A stretch of 44,240 nt of DNA, from sequence record NC_073318.1; one strand, written 5' to 3'. Source of the stretch: Escherichia phage NTEC3. The translations under genes and the position numbers were made by a program. The notes beneath the pieces are model-generated. The model was not told where the DNA came from and ran no database searches. It saw only the letters and a list, made by a program, of their open reading frames with translations. Positions 35,715-44,240 of this stretch are shown here, piece by piece. Position 1 is the stretch's first letter. Each line of letters starts with the position of its first letter.

Positions 35715-38041
35715 TATTTAAACCCCGGCGCATTTCTTGTGGCCTTGCGGGCCTTGCTAATCTTACTGTTACTGTTCTGCAAAGAGGCAGCCACTTGCTC
35801 CTCGATGATGATACGCAAACGGCCTTCATCATCTTGCTCAGTGGATACGTTGCCGATTTGAGAACTCGTGTTGTTTACGATAGTAACATTAGACGGTCCG
35901 GAAGAAGACCCGTTTTGCCCCATAATTTCTTTCATCTGCTGTGCGGTGCGTACACGTGACGCACCAGCGGGCATGATAACTTCTGGTTTACCGCGTTCGG
36001 CGATGGTTGAAGCCTGCCCCGCGGATAACTGTCCGCCCTGTTCACGTGCGGACCTGATAGCGGAAATCTGCGCCATACCCGCCCCAACGGCAGCAGCGGC
36101 AGCTACAGGAGCCAGGAACGGGCCAACTACAGGGATAGCCGCTGTTGACTTATACGCCTCAATAGCCGCGGTGTACGTGGCTATAGTGGCCTGCACGATA
36201 GCGAATGCCTTGTACGCGCCAGAAGCCTCGCCCAAAGCCGAACCGATGTTTGAGGCCATGTTACCGAAGGCCGTTGCCGTTGCGTCGGCACGCTTCGTGG
36301 CGTACTGCTCATTGATGGCGTTAAGCGCCGCCTGGTACTGCTTCTCACTAATAAGCCCCTGCTCACGGTACTTATCCGCTACCTTCAGTTTCTGCTGTTC
36401 CTGGATGTCGAGAAGCTCAAGCTCAGTAGCGTTCTGACCCATAATCTGTGCCATGAAGTCCTCGCCTTTCTGCTGCTTTTCCTGCTGCTCTTTTCTTTTC
36501 TTATCCAGTTCTTCCTGTCTGGCCTGCTCGGCTGTGAGCATAATTTGAGTTTTGGCGTTTTCATACTGCTGCTGGCTTATCGTTCCGGCGCGGTTGAACT
36601 CCTCCAGTTTCGCCAGTTTCTGTTCTTCCGCAGCGGTAATGCGCGAAATCTCATCTCCGGTTGTGCGGTCGACAGTAGCCAGGAAATCTTCCGCCGCTTT
36701 TTTCTGTCGTTCAGCCGCCGTTTCTTCGCGTTTGGCTTGTGCCGCCAGCCGTTTCTCGTTCGATTTAGCCTCGCGGTCTGCCTTCTCTTTCTCGGTCTTG
36801 TCAATGCGGGCGATGTCTTGCTGAGCTTCCGTGTCGCGAGCGGCATTATACGCGGCTATCTGTTCTTTGGTGACAGCTTCACGTTTAGCGAACGCCTGTT
36901 TATCGAGTTCAGCTTGCGCCCGGATGCGCTCACGGTCGCTTAAGATGGCAATTTGCTGGTTTTTGACGATGGCGTCGTTCTGTTCCTGGAATCTCTGCGT
37001 GGTTGAGTTGACGTTACGGCCGAGATTCTTTTGGGCCTCCGCCGCCGCGTTTGCCGACTTCTCCGCGTTCTCCAGTGCCGTGGCGTTCTTGTTGGCATTG
37101 TCGGTCAGGCGGATAAGCTCCGGGTTCAGCTGTTTTGTGTTACCCAGCCAGTCGGTAAACACATCGGCGATGCGGCGGGCATTCTCCGCGGTTGGTTCTT
37201 TGTTAAACGCACTCTGCGCCGCTATCATCTCCAGCGCCTGGTCACGGTTAACCCCGAACTTACTGCTAAGCTCTGCGATATTCTGCGCCAGCATGTTGAC
37301 GCCTACGATGTTACCCTCGTAAGTGCCGCCGAGTTTTTCTAATGTGTCGCCTACATCTGCACCCTTAGACACCAGCGCATCATACTGGCTAATAGCTGAT
37401 GCTGTGGAGGCTTTCCATGTTTCCCATGATTCCGCGTCCTCACGAACAGCTTTAGCTGTTTGCTGTGCGATAAGGTCAGCGTTAGCCTTAGCCAAAGCGA
37501 GCTGAGTCTCCGCCGCTTCTCTGCTGATTTGGGTAAGCTGGATAAGGCCGTCTGTCAGTTCGAGGGAGCCAGATGCCGTTTGTTGGAAAGTATCTTTTAA
37601 CTGTTTCTGTGCGGCTTCGAGGTCTTTTGAACTGCCTTCTGCTTCGGTTAGCGATTTATACAGGACGCCACCAACAGCTGATGCAAGAGCAATTACAGCC
37701 CCAAGCACCGCACCACCGGGGCCGAAAGCACCCGCAAGCTGCGAACCTTGCTGTCCTATCGCGACGAATGCGGACGTACCGGATTGCAACTGGACAACCA
37801 TGTCCTGCACCTGGAAGCCTACCTGCCCAGCGGCATTACGGAACTTAGCGAAACCGTCAGAGGCGGCTTTAGACGTAGCGGAGTTTACTTTATTAACATC
37901 CGGAGTCAGCTTGTTTACTGCGGTATCCGCACGGTCTGCAGACGACGCCATAGCGTCAAGCTGTTTGGCAGCTACGTCAGCACCTTCTGTTTTTACTCTG
38001 GCAATTAGGGAAGCCGTATCAGCCATCTTCTCTGCCCTCAA
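35714..38041 (-). CDS. tape measure protein
   Basis: 775 aa; long Ala/Gln/Glu/Lys-rich coiled-coil centre, Gly/Ala hydrophobic stretch near C-terminus; follows G/GT pair. Confidence 0.75.
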   Translation of the reverse strand: MRAEKMADTASLIARVKTEGADVAAKQLDAMASSADRADTAVNKLTPDVNKVNSATSKAASDGFAKFRNAAGQVGFQVQDMVVQLQSGTSAFVAIGQQGSQLAGAFGPGGAVLGAVIALASAVGGVLYKSLTEAEGSSKDLEAAQKQLKDTFQQTASGSLELTDGLIQLTQISREAAETQLALAKANADLIAQQTAKAVREDAESWETWKASTASAISQYDALVSKGADVGDTLEKLGGTYEGNIVGVNMLAQNIAELSSKFGVNRDQALEMIAAQSAFNKEPTAENARRIADVFTDWLGNTKQLNPELIRLTDNANKNATALENAEKSANAAAEAQKNLGRNVNSTTQRFQEQNDAIVKNQQIAILSDRERIRAQAELDKQAFAKREAVTKEQIAAYNAARDTEAQQDIARIDKTEKEKADREAKSNEKRLAAQAKREETAAERQKKAAEDFLATVDRTTGDEISRITAAEEQKLAKLEEFNRAGTISQQQYENAKTQIMLTAEQARQEELDKKRKEQQEKQQKGEDFMAQIMGQNATELELLDIQEQQKLKVADKYREQGLISEKQYQAALNAINEQYATKRADATATAFGNMASNIGSALGEASGAYKAFAIVQATIATYTAAIEAYKSTAAIPVVGPFLAPVAAAAAVGAGMAQISAIRSAREQGGQLSAGQASTIAERGKPEVIMPAGASRVRTAQQMKEIMGQNGSSSGPSNVTIVNNTSSQIGNVSTEQDDEGRLRIIIEEQVAASLQNSNSKISKARKATRNAPGFK

Positions 38042-38291
38042 ATATTCCGTCTAAGCCCATGATAACCTCGGCTTCGAACAAACTTATGCCGTAACCGGCG
38101 ACATCACGAAACGCTACCAAATCTTGCCATTTGAGCGCATCGCGCGGGATTATAACGATAGTATCATCTGTTTCGCGCTGTAGGAATTTAATGGCACGGT
38201 ATTTCTCGAACACGTCGATAAGAGAAACGGGGCATTCCGGCCCCGTCGCTTCTTTCATCTGCGGTTCTTTAATCACGCCCATTGCAATCAA
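38019..38291 (-). CDS. tail assembly chaperone T segment (expressed as G-T fusion by -1 frameshift, candidate)
   Basis: Reading frame is open upstream to 38399 and is the -1 frame relative to the G ORF; overlaps tape measure start. Confidence 0.45.
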   Translation of the reverse strand: MIAMGVIKEPQMKEATGPECPVSLIDVFEKYRAIKFLQRETDDTIVIIPRDALKWQDLVAFRDVAGYGISLFEAEVIMGLDGIFEGREDG

Positions 38292-38380
38292 AGCCGCCTG
38301 GTGGCCCGCCGCGATGTCGTCGAATTGCTTACGTTTGTGGCGGTCGACAAAGCACCATTGCGCAAATTCATACAGCGCTT

Positions 38381-38797
38381 TTACTTTTCCGAGAGTTTCT
38401 CACGGCTATCGGTGTGATGCTTAACTACGGCCTCTGCCAACCCACTGTACTGGTCGAACAGGTTAGCAAGCGCCTCTTTGCTGAATGGTTCGTCGAATGA
38501 CCAACCGGTGACGATTTCCACGGCAAGCTGCTTGTTCAGGTCCATCACCCGCCAGCCCTTCTCATCATTATAGCGCGCCCAGTTATTCAGCGCCTCGCAC
38601 TCTTTATCTAATGGCGCAAGTTCTTCCGTAAGGCGTCGAATTGCCGTTGTGTAGGCGCGGCCCGCACGAACACCAGCGTCACAATCGGGGCCAATGACCT
38701 GTAGCCATTCACCAGAGTCTTTACCACTCGGCAGAAGGATAGGCATTTTAGTGCCAGCAGCATGGCGGTCCGCAAAATAAAAATCAGAAAGTTTCAT
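38381..38797 (-). CDS. tail assembly chaperone G (candidate)
   Basis: 138 aa acidic protein immediately upstream of tape measure gene; ends in GAA-AAG-TAA. Confidence 0.5.
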   Translation of the reverse strand: MKLSDFYFADRHAAGTKMPILLPSGKDSGEWLQVIGPDCDAGVRAGRAYTTAIRRLTEELAPLDKECEALNNWARYNDEKGWRVMDLNKQLAVEIVTGWSFDEPFSKEALANLFDQYSGLAEAVVKHHTDSREKLSEK

Positions 38798-38904
38798 TCT
38801 TTAATCCTTTGGTTAAGAGGTTACTGGTTAAGGTTGACGCGCCAGACGGGAACCACCCGCTTTTCGTGTGCGACACTAGGCGCAAAATTATTCTAGCACA
38901 CTAC

Positions 38905-38933
38905 TTGCACACCCCAATATAATAGGGTACTAT
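38905..38933 (+). promoter_or_regulatory. class A promoter driving the tail-module accessory operon
   Basis: -35 TTGCAC 38905-38910, 17 nt spacer, -10 TACTAT 38928-38933; identical 32-mer to 4097-4128. Confidence 0.55.
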
Positions 38934-38961
38934 TCACCAGTAACTTACTGAGGGTATAATT

Positions 38962-39288
38962 ATGCGTAAATTAGTATTAGCTCTGGGGTTTATGTCTTTT
39001 GCTACTTTTGGAGCCCCGTGCGAACAGGTATTTAGTGAATCCGTTCTTATGACTTCTGGTGTGCTTGATAAAGCCGACCTTACTATTGTAAAGGCATTTA
39101 AAGACTCTACAGTTCGCGAGTGTGAGGCTGCCGTAGTGGTTGGTAAATCGGGCCTGCCTCCGCAAGCCGTAACATACTCGGTAATACGTTCTGTAGAGAA
39201 AAACGGAGACGCGTTTTACAGCCTACTGACAGCCACCCGCCTGCAAATGGTGATGACCGGGTGGGCGATAGGCGCGGAAAGTAAATAG
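38962..39288 (+). CDS. secreted small protein (signal peptide), accessory operon gene 1
   Basis: 108 aa; N-terminal MRKLVLALGFMSFATFGA signal peptide; GAGGG RBS; class A promoter 30 nt upstream. Confidence 0.55.
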   Translation: MRKLVLALGFMSFATFGAPCEQVFSESVLMTSGVLDKADLTIVKAFKDSTVRECEAAVVVGKSGLPPQAVTYSVIRSVEKNGDAFYSLLTATRLQMVMTGWAIGAESK

Positions 39289-39353
39289 TCGCCTTTATTT
39301 AAAGGAATGCACTGTGGTTAAATAGGACAAATCCTAAACACGAGGAAGTAAGC

Positions 39354-40484
39354 ATGGCCCGGAAGAAAATAACCGACGAACAGTTGCAGGAAGAATTGAA
39401 CGCCGGGATGAAGAATATCGATATCGCCCGTAAATACGGAATCTCAGACCGCGTTATTCGTATCCGTAAAGCGAAGCTGGCTAAGAAAGGTGTAGGCCAC
39501 GGGCGTGACGTTAGCCACCTTGTCCCAGACGGCTACAAGATTAAAGGGACGTCGTCCCTGGTGGACGAGTTCGGCAACACTAAGTTGCAATGGGTTAAGA
39601 CCGACGCTGATGCCGAACGTCAGGTTGAATTGATGAAAGCCGTAATAGAGGGCATGAAGTCAGAGATTACGCCCGTTGCGCCTGTTAAACCGGCACGAGC
39701 CAAACGTGACGATAAACTACTCAATCTTTACACGGTATCTGATTTCCATCTCGGTATGCTGGCATGGGCCGATGAGAGCGGCGACGACTGGGACATGAAG
39801 ATTGCAGAAGACCTGTTCTCTCGGTGGTTCGACGCGGCGTTTCAGAAAGCACCGGATGCAGGAACAGGAGTTATTAACCTGCTTGGCGACCTTGCACACT
39901 TCGATAGTCTGGACGCCGTTACCCCGGCAAGTGGTCATGTTCTCGATGCGGACACGCGCTACCAGAAACTGGTTCGCTACATGATTCGTATGGTCCGCCG
40001 TGTTGTCGATATGGCCCTTGTTAAGCATAAAAATGTTCGCTTGCTTATCGTACAAGGGAACCACGACGAAAGCGGAATGATTTGGTTAGCTGAGATGTTC
40101 AGTACGCTGTACGACAATGAGCCTCGTGTGTTCGTCGATACGTCGCCGGATGTTTACAAGATGGTGCAACACGGCAAAACGACGCTGTTCTTTACACACG
40201 GGCATAAATGCCGGTTTGAGGTGGTCGAACCCATTATGATAGCTAAGTTCAGAAAAGCATTTGGCGAAAGCGAGTACAGTTACGCACATGTCGGTCATCT
40301 CCACCATCAAAAGATTGTAGAAAGTAGGAATATGGTAGTGGAACAACATCGCACTCTCGCGGCGAAAGATGCATATGCTTCCCGCGGTGGGTGGATGTCT
40401 AAGAGGTCCGCTAATGTCATAACCTATAGTTCAGAGTTCGGGGAAGTAGGTAGGCTTTCGATCTCACCGGAGATGCTAAGATGA
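39354..40484 (+). CDS. HTH domain fused to calcineurin-like / SbcD-Mre11-like metallophosphoesterase
   Basis: N-terminal HTH (NIDIARKYGISDRVIRIRK); phosphoesterase motifs SDFHLG, GDLAHFD, QGNHDE, THGH, VGHLHH in canonical order. Confidence 0.65.
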   Translation: MARKKITDEQLQEELNAGMKNIDIARKYGISDRVIRIRKAKLAKKGVGHGRDVSHLVPDGYKIKGTSSLVDEFGNTKLQWVKTDADAERQVELMKAVIEGMKSEITPVAPVKPARAKRDDKLLNLYTVSDFHLGMLAWADESGDDWDMKIAEDLFSRWFDAAFQKAPDAGTGVINLLGDLAHFDSLDAVTPASGHVLDADTRYQKLVRYMIRMVRRVVDMALVKHKNVRLLIVQGNHDESGMIWLAEMFSTLYDNEPRVFVDTSPDVYKMVQHGKTTLFFTHGHKCRFEVVEPIMIAKFRKAFGESEYSYAHVGHLHHQKIVESRNMVVEQHRTLAAKDAYASRGGWMSKRSANVITYSSEFGEVGRLSISPEMLR

Positions 40485-40951
40485 AGTACCTTGATGTTTC
40501 AAAACAATTTAAATACTGCCCTGATACTGGGCAGGTTACCAGGATATCTACTGGTGCTGAGGTTGGTACGGTTGGTGTAAGAGGCTATCTGTGCTGCGGT
40601 ATGGGTGGCAAAACAGTGTATGTCCACCGCATAGCATGGTGTCTTTATAATAAATGTGACTTAGACAGGAAAACTCAAATAGACCACATAAACCATAACA
40701 GGCTAGACAATAGAATAGAAAATCTACGCGCCACCGACAATACAGGGAACAGTAAAAATAAAACTATGAGAAAGATAAATAAATCCGGGGCTACAGGTGT
40801 AAGTTTCCACAAAGCCGCGGGTAAGTGGCGCGCGTTTATAAAAGTTAACTACAAACAAGTGCATTTAGGGCTTTACGACGATTTTGATGTAGCGGTTGCC
40901 GCGCGTAAAGCCGCCGAGAGTAAATACGGTTTCCATGAAAACCATGAGTAG
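40481..40951 (+). CDS. HNH homing endonuclease with AP2-like domain (paralog of 14275-14748)
   Basis: IDHINHNRLDNRIENLRATDN HNH motif; GVSFHKAAGKWRAFIKVNYKQVHLGLYDD AP2-like segment; ATGA overlap with upstream gene. Confidence 0.75.
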   Translation: MKYLDVSKQFKYCPDTGQVTRISTGAEVGTVGVRGYLCCGMGGKTVYVHRIAWCLYNKCDLDRKTQIDHINHNRLDNRIENLRATDNTGNSKNKTMRKINKSGATGVSFHKAAGKWRAFIKVNYKQVHLGLYDDFDVAVAARKAAESKYGFHENHE

Positions 40952-40964
40952 GGGAGATTGATTT

Positions 40965-41195
40965 ATGACTTCAAAATACAACCGCACAATGACAAATACT
41001 CACGGCAGCACTATGACAGTAGACGTTTATGATGTGCTCCGCGCCTTCGATATACGCGACCCGGCGCTACAGCACGCATTGAAGAAGCTATTGTGCATGG
41101 GCTTGCGCGGACACAAGGACACCGGAACCGACTTAGCGGAAGCAATTGAAAGTCTGGAGAAGTTACGGGAATACCGAAGCAATATTGATGAGTAA
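40965..41195 (+). CDS. hypothetical protein, last gene of accessory operon
   Basis: 76 aa ORF, 14 nt after HNH gene, followed by terminator. Confidence 0.45.
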   Translation: MTSKYNRTMTNTHGSTMTVDVYDVLRAFDIRDPALQHALKKLLCMGLRGHKDTGTDLAEAIESLEKLREYRSNIDE

Positions 41196-41226
41196 GAAAA
41201 AGGCCCCGAAAGGGGCCTTAGTTTTA
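41196..41226. terminator. bidirectional terminator between accessory operon and major tail gene
   Basis: AAGGCCCC-GAAA-GGGGCCTT hairpin; plus strand followed by AGTTTTA, minus strand by TTTTTCTTA. Confidence 0.6.
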
Positions 41227-42396
41227 TGCGTAGGTGATACGTTGAATTACGATAGACGACTGGTACTGGTTGCCGGTGGCCTGCCCCTCAATGGACTGAG
41301 TGATTGACTCAGGTCCGCCAATCTCTGGGGTAACTGCCGTAAGCTCCGCACGTTTCAGGCTGAAAGACATAGCCCCGTTTACCCCCGCCAGAATAGAGTT
41401 AATCTCTACCTGCTGCTCGTTGATAAACTTCTGAATCATCGCCATGTCATACAGCTTGCCGGAGATGGAGAAGGTGTTAGCCGCGCGGCTACGTTCCACA
41501 AACGCAACGTTAGAGTTGCCGAGTTCGAACTGTGCGGACGCGCTGTTGTCGTTGGTGATGGTAAGGCTATCACAACGCAACGGCGTAGAGCCATCGAACA
41601 CGGAAACGTCAACCGAAGAGAATGGCTCATCACCAAAAGTAATAGATGAGAAGTTGGAACCGGTCGGCGGCGTAGTGAGAATCTCCTGACTGCGACCGAT
41701 GAATGGGAAGCTGCCGGTTACCATAGCGTTAACTGCCTGCTCAATAGTGAAACCAGAAACTTCCACGCCTTTGGTTAGTGTGTATGCGTCAGTCCCGCCG
41801 CACTGTCCTTTGTACCAGGTGAGAATAGAGAACGTCTTACATGTGTTACCGGTTTCCAGCGTGTCGCCAGTTTTAGCCTTACTAGTTTTTGTCTCGGTGG
41901 TCAGGGTGTGTTGGATGCCTGCACCAGTAACAACGGTAGCCGTTACTGCGGTAACAATAAATGGTTTTGCGTTATCGCCTGTTAAGTCGGTAAACGCAAT
42001 CAGGTCGCCTACCCCAACTCCGTCAGTGATAAAACTGCCGGTAGCGCGTGTGAACGTCTTGCCCGCGGGCGCGACGGTGATCGATAGTCCTGGCAGAGAA
42101 ACACCGGATTGCCACGTAGAGCCTAAAGCACCTGCCAACCAGTCATCCTGGCTTTTAGAGCTAAGCTCAATTGCGTATTCACCGCTAACCTGTTTGTTAC
42201 CGGTGCGGATGGATGTAGTTTCACGGCTGCCGTCGAGTTCGTTGGAGGTCAGTGTGTCACGGGTAATGGCAGGAACACCGCCCGTGTTACGTAATGGTGA
42301 CCAGACCGGGTTAGTCGGTGTTACACCCGGGGTCACTTCCGCCACATAGAATTGCGCGGTATTCGCGCCCTTAAAAGGAGTTGTAGCCATATTCAC
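41224..42396 (-). CDS. major tail protein (candidate)
   Basis: 390 aa Thr/Gly/Ser-rich ORF upstream (in transcription order) of G/GT and tape measure. Confidence 0.5.
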   Translation of the reverse strand: MNMATTPFKGANTAQFYVAEVTPGVTPTNPVWSPLRNTGGVPAITRDTLTSNELDGSRETTSIRTGNKQVSGEYAIELSSKSQDDWLAGALGSTWQSGVSLPGLSITVAPAGKTFTRATGSFITDGVGVGDLIAFTDLTGDNAKPFIVTAVTATVVTGAGIQHTLTTETKTSKAKTGDTLETGNTCKTFSILTWYKGQCGGTDAYTLTKGVEVSGFTIEQAVNAMVTGSFPFIGRSQEILTTPPTGSNFSSITFGDEPFSSVDVSVFDGSTPLRCDSLTITNDNSASAQFELGNSNVAFVERSRAANTFSISGKLYDMAMIQKFINEQQVEINSILAGVNGAMSFSLKRAELTAVTPEIGGPESITQSIEGQATGNQYQSSIVIQRITYA

Positions 42397-42806
42397 AGCC
42401 TCTTGGTGAATGCTATAAAGTTAATTGACAATGGCCGTTTGGCCCATCCGTTTTCTACAATCAGCGGCCCCAGGCTAACCGATTGAACCTCGGCGCAGAT
42501 GTCGTTACGCGAAAATGACTTACCTGCTTTAAACGCCGTGTTAAGTAAGTCTGCCATTTTATTGATTGGCGCGCTACCTTTCACCGATGCGTAGTTAATG
42601 TCTACCTGATAAATACCAGAGCGTTGCTCAGTGAAGAACAAATCCGCCTGCTCGGTATCTGCCAGTAGCATGTAACTCGCCAGATACGGCGTATCGGTTG
42701 ACGTCGGCGCGTCGATGTTTTCAAGCGCAACCTTGATGCCGTTGGCGGTTCCGAAGGCTACCAGCGGAACATCGAACGCTTTTGTTAAGTCCTCAAAGTA
42801 GCCCAT
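42393..42806 (-). CDS. head-tail connector / tail terminator candidate
   Basis: 137 aa; overlaps both neighbours (coupled). Confidence 0.4.
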   Translation of the reverse strand: MGYFEDLTKAFDVPLVAFGTANGIKVALENIDAPTSTDTPYLASYMLLADTEQADLFFTEQRSGIYQVDINYASVKGSAPINKMADLLNTAFKAGKSFSRNDICAEVQSVSLGPLIVENGWAKRPLSINFIAFTKRL

Positions 42807-43306
42807 TATTTATACTTCCTCGCTTCTTCTTCGAGCAGTTTATTGAATCGCTGAACGTTAACCCGGACAACACCTTGCGGAGCCTGAAGGGAATATCCGT
42901 CTGTGGTTGTTCTGCTGGGCGCTTTCGGCCTCAATGGGCCAACAAATTTAGAGCCTAAGTTAGAAGGACGCTTAGGGCCATGGAAGCCGGTAGCGTAACC
43001 CCCGAACTCTATAACTTCCGCATACGGCAGATTATTTGTCAGGGTGAACTCGCTCCAGTCGGGTAAACCAGACACGGTAGAAACCATGGCACTTATTGCG
43101 TTCGCCCCGCTAGGGTCAGTACCGCGGCTTGTACCGGAAGCGGGGGTACTGCCAGAGGCCATCCAGTTCATTCGGAACCGGCCTGTATCTACCGGACTCG
43201 CCTTTATAATAGCGGAAAACAGCTTGATAGACACCTGACGCATCACCTTCTCGGGGTTCTTCTTCGCCTTTTCCACGAACTTAGAGACATCAAGCGCGAA
43301 ACTCAT
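42806..43306 (-). CDS. head-tail connector protein candidate
   Basis: 166 aa; coupled ORF in connector region. Confidence 0.4.
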   Translation of the reverse strand: MSFALDVSKFVEKAKKNPEKVMRQVSIKLFSAIIKASPVDTGRFRMNWMASGSTPASGTSRGTDPSGANAISAMVSTVSGLPDWSEFTLTNNLPYAEVIEFGGYATGFHGPKRPSNLGSKFVGPLRPKAPSRTTTDGYSLQAPQGVVRVNVQRFNKLLEEEARKYK

Positions 43307-43716
43307 TTTCTCACCTGAATAAAGTATGCCACGACATCACCATTAACCATCTTCTTCTCGATGGCTACGACAGACCATTGCCCGCCGTCGAATTGCACCT
43401 TGTCTTCCATCTTCGGAACGACACTGCAATCGGCTTTAACAATCACATCACCGGCCTGAATCGTCGTACCGTTTACCAGTCCAGCGTTTACCGGAACCGG
43501 AACCGCTTTCAACGGCAACACTTCATCCGCAGACCAGACGTATTCACCGAGAACTTCATCCCACACTTTCGAGCCAGCACGAACCAGAGATACCGTGCTG
43601 CCGAATTTGGTTAGCAGGCGTGTACCCACGCCTTGCATACGTTTACTGAAAGCGGTGCTCATCAGGCGGCCTCCAGTCTCGAAATAACCAGCAACGCGGA
43701 CGGGGCTATACCCCAT
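43303..43716 (-). CDS. head-tail connector protein candidate
   Basis: 137 aa; coupled ORF. Confidence 0.4.
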   Translation of the reverse strand: MGYSPVRVAGYFETGGRLMSTAFSKRMQGVGTRLLTKFGSTVSLVRAGSKVWDEVLGEYVWSADEVLPLKAVPVPVNAGLVNGTTIQAGDVIVKADCSVVPKMEDKVQFDGGQWSVVAIEKKMVNGDVVAYFIQVRK

Positions 43717-44192
43717 GCGGTTACGGTAGCCGCTCGCGGGTATACACCACCGAAGTTAGTTCCGACGCTATCCCGCATAATCTGAACGGCAAACGTCTGG
43801 CCTGCTGTTGGGTTAATAACAACGCGAGATTCAATCGGGATTGTGGTGTCCGCGCTTACCAGTTTCGTGGCGGCAGGTGAGCCGTACTGAGCACCGTTCA
43901 GAAGAATGCGTGATAACAGGATAGACGTTCCGCTGGCACCTGTGCGGCCTGCCTGTAACTTGATGCGAACGGCGTAGTTACCGGCGGTGTTGAATGTAAC
44001 CAGCCCCGCAGCATTAATCATTACCGGGTCGGATGCACTACCCTGAGCTGCACCGAAAGTTAACTGCAATGCCGTATCTACCGCGGTAGGCGCTTGGGTT
44101 ACCGTAGACGCGGCACGGAGAACTTCAACCTCTTTAACACCTGGAGTGGCGTAAATAGGTGAGTCAGCCATCTGTGTCATTACCTCGCGCAA
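43662..44192 (-). CDS. virion structural protein candidate
   Basis: 176 aa; probable true start MTQMADS near 44180; Ala/Thr/Gly-rich. Confidence 0.4.
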   Translation of the reverse strand: MREVMTQMADSPIYATPGVKEVEVLRAASTVTQAPTAVDTALQLTFGAAQGSASDPVMINAAGLVTFNTAGNYAVRIKLQAGRTGASGTSILLSRILLNGAQYGSPAATKLVSADTTIPIESRVVINPTAGQTFAVQIMRDSVGTNFGGVYPRAATVTAWGIAPSALLVISRLEAA

Positions 44193-44240
44193 CGCTGCGG
44201 GGGTAATAAGCCCGGTAGTGTTATCGGGGAGGTTTGCGCC

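Noticed and set aside
36831-37322. Multiple plus-strand ORFs (60-190 aa) antisense to the tape measure gene, 35868-38054
   Set aside because: All are embedded in the 775 aa tape measure ORF; low-complexity Ala/Ser/Cys/Leu-rich translations typical of antisense frames.
15547-38933. Recurring 30-bp elements considered as a possible CRISPR array or transposon inverted repeats
   Set aside because: Copies are dispersed over more than 20 kb, not regularly spaced, each directly precedes a gene start, and they read as -35/-10 promoters; no cas genes or transposase present.
1-44240. Search for tRNA, rRNA or tmRNA genes in intergenic regions
   Set aside because: Intergenic regions are short and are accounted for by promoters and terminators. 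No cloverleaf-like acceptor/anticodon arrangement was recognised by eye; a tRNAscan run would be needed to be certain.

Overview
The window is a contiguous, gene-dense ~44 kb segment of a tailed dsDNA bacteriophage genome (siphovirus-like, with a lambda-style tail gene order). Host and phage identity cannot be verified without a database search. All calls below come from reading the six-frame translations and the nucleotide sequence by eye; no search or structure prediction was run. There are three transcription blocks. (1) Positions 1-16.7 kb, minus strand: head and packaging genes (small and large terminase, portal, Mu-F-like head morphogenesis protein, scaffold, major capsid, two Ig-like proteins, an overlapping Rz/Rz1-like spanin pair), then an early/lysis block of small ORFs with a GH24 endolysin, two holin-like proteins, an HslV-like Ntn-hydrolase, three tandem acidic paralogs and an HNH-AP2 endonuclease. 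(2) Positions 17.1-28.7 kb, plus strand: replication module (HTH protein, primase-helicase, DUF2800-like nuclease, DUF2815-like protein, family A DNA polymerase, VRR-NUC nuclease, compact C5 cytosine methyltransferase, SNF2 helicase) with one opposed XRE repressor gene. (3) Positions 28.7-44.2 kb, minus strand: tail module (tailspike, J-like tip protein, NlpC/P60-like protein, tape measure, G/GT chaperones, major tail protein, connector proteins). The tail module is interrupted by a 2.3 kb plus-strand accessory operon (secreted protein, HTH-metallophosphoesterase fusion, second HNH endonuclease, small protein) with its own promoter and terminator; this is the strongest candidate for an undescribed system. 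A second single-gene moron in the head module uses an identical 32-bp promoter. Two sigma70-like promoter classes share an AATAG-N3/4-CTATT palindrome. No rRNA, tRNA, CRISPR array, integrase or transposase was seen.
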